Source of the DNA: a virus
DNA: 64,000 nucleotides
Direction: 5' to 3' (one strand)
Virus record (IMG/VR): IMGVR_UViG_3300020045_009879
Coordinates: 1-64,000 of that record
Below are positions 35,841 through 46,000 of this stretch, piece by piece (position 1 is the stretch's first letter; every line of letters starts with the position of its first letter). The translations under genes and the position numbers were made by a program. Under the pieces are notes generated by a model. That model worked only from the letters and a program-made list of their open reading frames with translations, was not told where the DNA came from and searched no databases.

Positions 35841-38800
35841 CTATTTGTTCTGTGGTATTCCAGTGCTTCTATCCCTAAATTTATAATAGACGTTTAGTAT
35901 TGGGAATGTTTTTATAAACCTTTCCTTAACCTGCTGATCATTATAATATGGATCACCTAATAGATGATGATAAAATGTTGTCATTAATTTTCTATAGTCA
36001 TCTAAAAATCCTAACGCTGGAATAAGATTATCTGTTGTTGTCTTAAACGATCTTGGATCTATAAAAAATGTTATATCTTTAATAGTATTATTCATATTAT
36101 TCATCAGAAGATATTTCCATCGTTTTGTTTCTTTATCATCGTCGTCAAGCGATGCAGACAGTAATAAATATGCAGCAGCAAGAGTTAATAATACTTTTAT
36201 CTCTATAAATTGTTTGCGAAGATTAGATATAAATAATTGCTTATCTTTTGTCAGCAATTTAATACCATCAAAAGATGCTTCTCCCTTAAACATTGCAAGT
36301 TTTGCAAATATACTACCCATCTGCGCAATACCAGAGAATAATCCCTCCCTTTGTACAAATTTTAACATGGTGGTATAAGTACCCTCGAAATCTCTACCAA
36401 GAACACCTAATGATTGTCTAGGCGCAAATCTGGTATATACTCCATCAGCAAGCCAGGACATACGATATTGAGCTACTAATCTGCCAACTATAGACCTTTT
36501 AAGCATGATAGAAGACTCTTTGGCCATGTTACCATGCAGTAACTGGTTAATAAATTTAACCTTATTCATAAAGGCTAAAAGCTCTTTGTTTCCAAGTATT
36601 GATTCTGAATTAGATCCCCAATCATTATTCTCACCAAATTCCTTTGCATTCCATGATCCATCAACATTAAACGCATCAATAAGATTTCTTTCTTTACCAT
36701 TGATATCTGTCATCTTAGTATGATGCATCATAGCATCCATAACTGATGTTCTTAAAATATAGTCACCCTCGCTAAGCCATCCAAAAGCACTAAAGAATTT
36801 AGTACTATACTTATTGGCACCGGCATCACCACCATAATTTTCAGCAAGAATCCCATTACGAACTGCAATATTATGAATTTTGTTATTGGTTAAGTTCTTA
36901 CTGCCTGCAGTTTTTTTTAAAGAGGACATAGCCCTGCCCCATGAGGCAAGAGCTTCTTTTGGTGTAAATTCAGATCTTCCTGCTGCATGAGAAAAAAAGT
37001 TTATTGAACCAAATAATATATTAGTAACGGCTGGAAATGGGTTAAAAGCAAATGTTTTGATAGCTGCACCAGTAATTAATATATCACCAGCTTGTGACCA
37101 TACAAAATTAGAGCCGGTAGAATCTGTAAATTGTTTATAAACAGATATCTTGTAATCAAAATCTTCCTTAGTTATCTCGCCATTATCATACGCCCATGTA
37201 AGATCATCTATTAATTTTAAGATTTTACCACCGGCAATCTTTTCTGTCTCTAGAGTAACAAGAGACGGATATTTCTTTAATATTTTATTGATGGCCGCCT
37301 CTTTGCCAAGCTTAGCAACTAAATCATTGAAATCTACAAGTATATTGATCGCTTTCTTTGGATCATTGATAGATATAATTTTTATATTATCATCATAAAT
37401 CTTTTTAGCACTAACACCTTCTTTATCGGAGGATTTATTGTATAAATTATTGTTTATAACGTGGTCAATAAGCTTCCTTAGGTTGTGGAGTTTATCCTCC
37501 CCTCCATTACTTTTTTTTGTGTTGGCAACGTCAATAGTTCCATCTGCCTTTAATATAATCCTTCCAAAACTTTTATCATCAATGGCAGACTTTATGAGTA
37601 ATGCATAATCCTCAATGGCAGATAAATGCTTATAAGTAATTGCCATCTTAGCAAATTCTATCAAATTACCCTCTAAATTATCACTCTTTTCGGCGACATC
37701 TAAATTTCTTAGATATTGCATTGGGATAACATTCTTAGGATTACCATCTCCATCGAGAAATTCAAGTTGCATCCCATTCCTTGAAGTTACAGCACTCATG
37801 AGTCTACCTGACAGCGTAGTGGGAATACCCCTTAAACTACCCTTTAATAGCTTATTTAATAACTCTTTCCTTACATTGGGTATAAATGTTCCATCTATAT
37901 CTTTTGAGGCATATCCTGGCAGATAAGAGGCATATTTTGTAAGCTCAGATGCGTGGGCATCATAAAACTCAAGCATCTTAGGATTAGACAATATTTTATT
38001 GACAAATCTATTATCATACGACAATAAATCTTTTCCGCTTGAACTATTTCTAATTGGTACCTCAACGATATGCTTATCAATATCTCCGAACATCCTTATA
38101 TCATCTTCAGATGCAGTATCATTATAAATGTAATTATAATATTCTGATGGAGATGTATTTTTTCTATACTCATTAAGAAATGATTCTGATTCTGCCTCCG
38201 ACTTACCCGAGGCCACAAGTTCTTTCTCCCTCTCTTCTATGTGGTCATATAGTTCAGTCCAACTTTGTTGTTTTACCTTAGCCTCTTCGATTAATTGCTT
38301 TGAATATTTCTCATCATGAGTGATGTTATTTAATTCGTTAAATAACTTATTTAAACCGTGTTCTGTAGATAATAATTTTGTGTTAATAGTATAGACATTA
38401 CTCTTTAATGCCTCTGATTTACGCTTAACTTCCCTTAACATTTTCGCTGCAGAATCCTTTTTATTACCATACTTAATATCATTTATCTTCTCAACAAAGT
38501 CTTTATCAATTGTTTTCCTGAAGGTATAGTAACTTTTTGTGAATCTAGAGATAATGCCACCGTCCCAATTGCCATTTTCATCTGTTGACAACATGTCCTT
38601 AAAGTTAAGTCCAGCCTCTTTTAACTTTGCAAATAATGATTTAATTCTATTTGCCGCATCAAAATATTCATTATGAGATTTTGAATTTGCAGACGTTATA
38701 AACTTATGTAATAGATTAACTATAGGCTTGTCGCTATAATGAGCTAACCCCAATGAATAGGCTCCTATTGTGCCTATATCAGACTCTCTAGACACGGCTG

Positions 38801-40001
38801 ATGTAGGTATTTCTAGACCAAACATATCCTTACCAACCTTCTTGATGAATGAAGGCAATATTTTACTATGCAGTTTATCAAAATCAGCATTAAAAGCTTT
38901 TCTTTGAACACTCAGTACTCCTTCGAGAGTCTTTTTATCCAAGCGCATTCTTCCTCCGAATACATTACGAAGATTCTGCCACATAGAAATAGCTTCTCCT
39001 ACAGCTTTTAATTCTTCTGCCCCTGGATTCTTGGAATTTAGTATAGAATTAATCCATGCAGCATTCTTTTCATATAGTGCATCCAGGTTTGCAATGTTTT
39101 TCTTACTTGCTAATGTAGATAATTTGGTTTGCATTATCACCAAGTTCTTTTCGTGATGTTCTTTCTTCTGAATTAATGCTGCCAATTCATTCATATTGGC
39201 ATCTGTCTTACCAAGTAAATTGATCTGACTTTCTATCTCCTTAATTCTATTCTCAACCTTTCCAATAAGCCTATATAATTCTGCATTTCTTGCCTTAATT
39301 CTATCAATAACAAAATTAAGACCCATCTTTAGATTTACTTCAAGGGGGGAGTCTTTAAAGAATGCCCGAGAAAAATCATCTTCATACAATGCAGCAGGAT
39401 CATATTCATTCTCTAACGTGAATAAATCTTCTTCGTCTAATATATTTTCCTCAATATAATTTAACTCTCCGTCGTATTCTTCATCGTTATCACCAGAAAC
39501 AAACTCTTCTCCAATAGTATCATCGACATTATCCTCAACTTCACTTTCTGGGACATAATCAATTAGGTCATCATCTATAATGGAATCAATATCTGCCTCT
39601 ACTGGATCTTCGCTATCAGTATCATCCGGTAAACCCTCTTCAATATTATCACCTGATGGAATATTTTCTTTAGTATATTGATATTTCTGACTAGTATATT
39701 TCTCTCCAAAATCTATATTGAGTTTTAGATTAAAACTGTTTTGCTTACTCCGTAATATATCATTGGTACTAACTGCAACACCGTTAAGTGTGTAGAAATG
39801 ATTCTCTCCAACAGAACTACTATATTCGGCAAGAGACTTAACTAAGTTAACTGCATCTACCTTTGTTAATGTGGAGGTTCTTTCGAACTTATTTAATACA
39901 TTAGAGGCAAGATTGAGGTATGTCTTTATGCCCTCTTCTCCGTATGTAGAGACTAATCTCTTTAATGTAGGATCTTTTATATCTTTAATTTTGCAGGTCA
40001 T
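35841..40001 (-). CDS. large virion ejection protein (third of the RNAP block)
   Basis: 1386 aa; follows the vRNAP as in crAss-like phages; hydrophobic helix near the C-terminus. Confidence 0.8.
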   Translation of the reverse strand: MTCKIKDIKDPTLKRLVSTYGEEGIKTYLNLASNVLNKFERTSTLTKVDAVNLVKSLAEYSSSVGENHFYTLNGVAVSTNDILRSKQNSFNLKLNIDFGEKYTSQKYQYTKENIPSGDNIEEGLPDDTDSEDPVEADIDSIIDDDLIDYVPESEVEDNVDDTIGEEFVSGDNDEEYDGELNYIEENILDEEDLFTLENEYDPAALYEDDFSRAFFKDSPLEVNLKMGLNFVIDRIKARNAELYRLIGKVENRIKEIESQINLLGKTDANMNELAALIQKKEHHEKNLVIMQTKLSTLASKKNIANLDALYEKNAAWINSILNSKNPGAEELKAVGEAISMWQNLRNVFGGRMRLDKKTLEGVLSVQRKAFNADFDKLHSKILPSFIKKVGKDMFGLEIPTSAVSRESDIGTIGAYSLGLAHYSDKPIVNLLHKFITSANSKSHNEYFDAANRIKSLFAKLKEAGLNFKDMLSTDENGNWDGGIISRFTKSYYTFRKTIDKDFVEKINDIKYGNKKDSAAKMLREVKRKSEALKSNVYTINTKLLSTEHGLNKLFNELNNITHDEKYSKQLIEEAKVKQQSWTELYDHIEEREKELVASGKSEAESESFLNEYRKNTSPSEYYNYIYNDTASEDDIRMFGDIDKHIVEVPIRNSSSGKDLLSYDNRFVNKILSNPKMLEFYDAHASELTKYASYLPGYASKDIDGTFIPNVRKELLNKLLKGSLRGIPTTLSGRLMSAVTSRNGMQLEFLDGDGNPKNVIPMQYLRNLDVAEKSDNLEGNLIEFAKMAITYKHLSAIEDYALLIKSAIDDKSFGRIILKADGTIDVANTKKSNGGEDKLHNLRKLIDHVINNNLYNKSSDKEGVSAKKIYDDNIKIISINDPKKAINILVDFNDLVAKLGKEAAINKILKKYPSLVTLETEKIAGGKILKLIDDLTWAYDNGEITKEDFDYKISVYKQFTDSTGSNFVWSQAGDILITGAAIKTFAFNPFPAVTNILFGSINFFSHAAGRSEFTPKEALASWGRAMSSLKKTAGSKNLTNNKIHNIAVRNGILAENYGGDAGANKYSTKFFSAFGWLSEGDYILRTSVMDAMMHHTKMTDINGKERNLIDAFNVDGSWNAKEFGENNDWGSNSESILGNKELLAFMNKVKFINQLLHGNMAKESSIMLKRSIVGRLVAQYRMSWLADGVYTRFAPRQSLGVLGRDFEGTYTTMLKFVQREGLFSGIAQMGSIFAKLAMFKGEASFDGIKLLTKDKQLFISNLRKQFIEIKVLLTLAAAYLLLSASLDDDDKETKRWKYLLMNNMNNTIKDITFFIDPRSFKTTTDNLIPALGFLDDYRKLMTTFYHHLLGDPYYNDQQVKERFIKTFPILNVYYKFRDRSTGIPQNK

Positions 40002-40002
40002 A

Positions 40003-43000
40003 TTAACACTTAGTTTTAAATATATTATTATTTAATGCATGCCTAAAGGCGCTTCTTTCTTCTCTGGTGGAATTACTCAAGAAATCCCTTACTGTACCAG
40101 TAATCTGTTGAGAATCAGAATCTATAATTTCATTTGGGGCATACTTTTGAGTTGCTGATCTGATAATATTCTTTTTAAGTTTCTTTGCCTTAGTATTCAT
40201 TAATTCATTCGTAAGCATCATATTTTGAACCATGGCGGCCTCTAATACACTTTGCTGATTAACAGATGAACCATTGAAGAAGGATACTATAGAGTCAAAG
40301 AATGATGCAAATTTACTAAATAACGTTTCGAGCAATGATTTACTTTTCTCTACACCAATCTTTTCGTATGTGCTATCGCTAAGATATACACTATTCATTA
40401 GATCTTGGATGTGTTTTCTAGATGATAGTTCTGAGATAAAGTCCATCTGACTATTTAGCATATACAAGGATTTCCTTAGATCATCTTGCATATCTTTATC
40501 ATCCGCAAAGATACTATTAATTGCCTCGGAATCCAACCTCCCATCTTTGATAAATTGTCCATATGTAAGTGGCTCATCATCAATTATAAAGTTAGCGCCA
40601 TCAAAAGAGCTTACAATGGGTTCATCACTAATGGCACCCATGGCATCGTCGTATATCATGTCAACATTGTCAGCTATCTGTTTGAACCTGGGGTCGCCAT
40701 TCTTACCAAGAAGATATGACTCTGCCATCATGGAGTGCTGTATCTCGTGTAATATCGTTTCTTTTGCAAAAGACATTGAGCCAGTCCTATCTATCTCTTG
40801 CTCAAATAAACCATTATATATTGTTATCTGACTCTTGCCATCTACAATATTAAACTCTGCAATAGAGTTATTAACACTTGGTTCATCGCTGTATTTAACA
40901 GATATATCCTGAATATTATCTGGAAGTTGTTTCAGCAACTCTACAATCCATTTTGAATATGTAGTATCAATCTGTTCTACTACAGGTAATAAAGATCTAA
41001 CATCTGTCTGCTCCTTAAGCATACGCAGGAAGAATACCTTCTCTGTATTAAAGTCATTAGATAAAGAGTTAATATTTGCCATTCCTCCAACAAAATAACC
41101 TGTAGATATTGCATCTGGTTTGTAATCAGTAAAATACCCAGAGTCGAATACCTTTTTACCAACCTTATTCATTGAGGACTCAAAATAAGAGGCCGATCCT
41201 TTTAATATAGAATAGTCATATTTTTTGTATAATGCAAGCTTATTATTTCCACTACTTATCGGAGAATCAAAGATATATATATTAGCATTAGGAGAACCCT
41301 TAGAGCTTTTTATAAACAGAGGTATTTCCTCTAATTTAAAATTTTGCCCTATCCTTACAAAATTCCTGTCTAAACTTTTATGATAATTACCCCCGACAGA
41401 GTTAAAATTAGAATACCTGGAATCCAGTACATTAAATGGTATTATATACTGAGGATTGTTTCTATAGAATAAATTAATAAACTCATCTACATGTGATCCA
41501 TCTCTCAGATCTCTTACTTTTTCTGCAAGCTTAGAATAGAACCCGATTGACTCAAGGGCATCTATTGGTATCACTTTTACAAAACTTGTCTTGGTTTTAT
41601 TGCCACTAGTAAGAAATTCATACATTATTATTGATGTAGTCAATTGTCTAACATCATCATCGGTATCTTTAGATAATGTATAGAATCCATCCATGGCCCT
41701 CTCTAAATCTGCATTGTTTTTTAGATCACCATTAAATGAAATGATTTTGTTTGTCTTATTAATAGACACAGATGTAAGAAACTTATTATTTTTATATTTA
41801 GAGCTAGTACTTGACTGTAACTCCCTGATTTTCTTGGATATATTGGCACCAATTTCTTCTACCGTTCCGTGGATACCAAAAGATTCAGATATAACTTTAG
41901 AGAATACGTAAGACTTATACCCATCAACCACAGAACTTATCATCTGCGGTTTTGTCTTTTTGTTCAATCCGTTAAATAATGTAATCTTATCTATGGCGGT
42001 CATTAAAATACTACCATTATATCCAAGCACTTTATCTATGTCAAAGATTATATCCTCTGCCAAAACTAAATTATTACCGGTGGTATTCAATTCTCCATTA
42101 AGAGATTGGGTAAACTTGTCAGAATTGATTATGGATCCATCATTACCTGAAGACAATATGCTACTTAATAATAAGTTATTCTCTGCACTATTAGATTTAA
42201 ATCCCTTATCAAATCCAGTTTGATTATTAAGATCAAAGAGTTTATTGGCTATCTTAGACAATGGGGTAAAGATATTCTTCATAATATCTATCTGATGAGC
42301 CACCCATAACGCCTTTGTTTCTGGCAGTGCCCCTTGTCCGGATACAAGTTGCTGCCCCGTATTATAAATATTATACAGTTCTTGCTCATTATAGACCTTG
42401 CTAGACAGTTTCTTTGTTTCAGTGGCAACTTGTACCGCTGTTACATCTAATTGCCTTAAAAGGTCTGCAAATGCAATCTTTGTGGCAGTCTTAAGATTCA
42501 ATGTTTTTCCGCTAGTTCTAACAACACCCTTTGAATTACCAATAAGACCAGATACTATCTTAACGATCTCTTGGTTTAGTATCGCTGGAACATATGTTAG
42601 TGGCAGTGAATTATTATTACTGTCGGATAATAACATAAGAGATTCTGCAATATTGAATGTAAAACTATTTAGTCCGTTGGGGATTAAATTACCATTCTTT
42701 GCATTGTCAATAGATTCTGATAGTAAAATAACTATATTTCTAAGTGCAGTTCGATCTTCGAAATCCAAACTAAGAGACGAATTGCTTCCGGTCCATTTGC
42801 CAACAACAGATTTGCCGTATGGATTTATGTATCTTAAAATCAATGGATTAGATCTTCCATTAAGACTAAGTTTTGATACGGATAAATCTTTAAAGATCAT
42901 ACCCTTCTTATATGCGAGTATAATGGACGACATTGCCTTTGCATAAATATCAATACCCCCTTTGGCGGACTGTTGTGATTTATATTCTTGTGTTTGACGC

Positions 43001-46000
43001 TGCCATGAATACCATGGTGCTTTTGGCTGTAATATCTTATATTTCTTGCCAGTATCTTTTAGATCATCGGCATCTAATGCCTCAAGGGACATTCTTGCAA
43101 CATTGGGGTTAGATAATACAGACTCAAATAAATCAACGTAATCATTCTCTATTGCTTGTCTAGAAACATCCTCTACAGATGGGCGACTATCTTCGTTAAA
43201 ATTACTTTCTATGAAACTATTTACTGCGTCATTATTAATTGATACATGACCATTTTCATCGTATTGAGTTACACCTTTTGGGATAGAGACAAGTTTATTA
43301 TCTTTTGTTAAAAATGCATTCCTCCAATATTGGTATAATTTATCAATGTCAAAGTCGGATCCAGTCTGAACAACGATTTCTTGCGGTACTATAACCATTG
43401 TGCCCATACCCTTAGGCGTAAATCCAACGATCTTAAATAACACCTGAGACTGATGCAACTGGTTAGGCAAACGCATCCCTATGATGTTAAGTAGCGATGG
43501 ATCTATATTGTTTAGGTCAATACTATTCATATTGACAGAACTTCCCATTGATATAAAGTCAAATGGTAAAATTATTTCTGCAACATGAACTTCTTCGCCG
43601 CCATTCTCTTTAGGTTTTATTCTAGTGTATTTTAATTGCTCACCAGAATCCCTGCCGTTAAACATTACGACGCCATCACGAGGAACAATTTCTGTCTTAA
43701 CAGTAACCTTACCGCTCCCAGTCAGTGGGAACTGCGGATTAGCCCTGCCTGGTCTTTGCAGTTTAATGACATCTGTATATTGAGAGAACAGAAATTCTTC
43801 TAGAGATTTCCTTGAATATGACCAGAACAATGGTAACCCATATTTATCTGCAACTAGTGCAGAGTTTGATTCATTATTTGATATACCAGAGTCAACTTTT
43901 ATGGCTTTTTTAACTATCTTTTCAATGTCAAATTCGCCATCAGTCTTTAGAGATTCATCAATAGATTGTTTGGCTATCTTTGATAATTCTGCATTAATAC
44001 TGTGTTTTCTGAGGTCTAACTGTTCCCCAGAAATCTTATCTCCATGATGGGTGAATTCTTCGTCATATAACCCCCCAAGGATTGACTTATCAGCCTGAAC
44101 AACATTCGTCTGTAATCCTTCACCTAAATGCGTAGGAGTCTCTTGTTGATAACCAAAACCAGTCCATGGAAGTTCTCCTGACGATTGGTCTAATGCAGCA
44201 CGAAGATCTTTTGCATTTTTTATTGTAAATGCTGAATCTTTCCCGTATATTGATACGGGAGTAATGCCCCCCTGTTTGCCGGAAGATTTATGAGGAATCC
44301 TACCAATGTGTTGATCTTTAGAAGGATCTTCATCATAACCCATCTCCATAGCCTCAACAAGATTAACTAAATCTTGGTTAACAGACTTTGCAAATTCTTG
44401 AGTTAAGGGTAGTTCTGCAGATTTCATGAACACCTTTACCGCAATGTTCTCTCCACCAATTTCTTTTACAACAATGGCTACCTGTCTTGGTTTACCTGCA
44501 CCGATAATAAAATGTTTACTATATTTTTTATTTACTGTGCCATCCTCTGCATATTGCCTTCTAAGCTGAACAAATTCCCAATCTTTAATTACTCCAGTAC
44601 GATATAATGCATCTAACTTATTATAGAAAGAAACATACTCTAAGCCATCGGTACCTTTACCAGTATATTTATCGACTTGATTTTGCAGATTCTTTGGTAG
44701 AGACGTTAGATAGTCTTTACCGTCCGTACGGGAATCATCGACATAAGCAACCTTATAAGTTGGTTTACTAGATATAACAGATCCATCGTTGAGAGTAATA
44801 GTGTATTCTCCAACTGCATCTACGGCTGGAGATATGTCTGATGACAATCTCTTCTGATACTCATTCATAAATTTCTCCATCGCAGAGTTTATTGCGATAG
44901 CATTTGATGGATCTTTTATGCCATTGACCTTATTGTCATCTGACTCTGACTTAATCATTTTCTGTAAAGACTGTGAGGATTGTGCTGGATCACCAGACAT
45001 AACTAACCCAAACCCACCCATGATAGAGAATGAATTCATTGATGACTCCAGAGACAATAATGATAACACACGAAGCATCTCATCATTATAGATATTATTC
45101 TTGTGTGATGAGGATTGATTTGGTGAGACCACAAACTCATCGTCAATTTGTTCGTCATCAAAGATATCTTCAGAAGCATATTCATTAGATACAGTCTGTT
45201 TCTTCATAAATGGAGCATATCCTTTTGATTTTCCCCATTCGTATTTTATTAGGTTAGTATAATATTTACTACCACTGGTTTTAAGCAGACCTAGTTTCTC
45301 CCAACTATTTAAGTCTGAGCTTATCTGACTTATAAAATGATTATATAATGCTTCTTTAAATTTAGCCTCAATATGCTTTTTATTAAGATCTAAATCGCCA
45401 ATGCCTTTATCTGTATAAATTGAACCATCTTTATTTCTCTTTATCAATCCATTTAAAAATGATGCAGAATAAAAAAACTGAGAGTTATATTCATAGTTTG
45501 CACCAAGTTGTTTTTTCATCTCCTTAACAACATCGCCATCCTTATGCGTTAAAACGTATATCATTCTATCTAACTCTGCAGAAACAACGGTCATAGCATT
45601 AGACATTAACTCACTATCCATGATCTGTCTCTTGCCAAACCTACTAATCAACATGTTGCCATCAACGAATGATATCAGGTCTGTAAGTTCTGCTTTTCCA
45701 CCTTCTTCTGCAATAGCATTTAACTCAACTCGTGGCACCTTAAATATTGGAGACTCTTTTTTGTCAGACTTAGTAGTATCTAGAATAGACATAAAACTAC
45801 CACCTTCTTGGAATAGATACATAGCATTGACATGAAGATCCACGTCACTAAGATTACTTCTCTCTGCACCATCATTAGTGCCATACTCCTTCATGGCATA
45901 GTTTTCGTCATATTGGAATCCATTGGTAAACTCGTCGCTGGCAGATTCTATGATGCCATAATCTCCAACCCTTCCCCCAAAGTGTCTATTATTGAATAAT

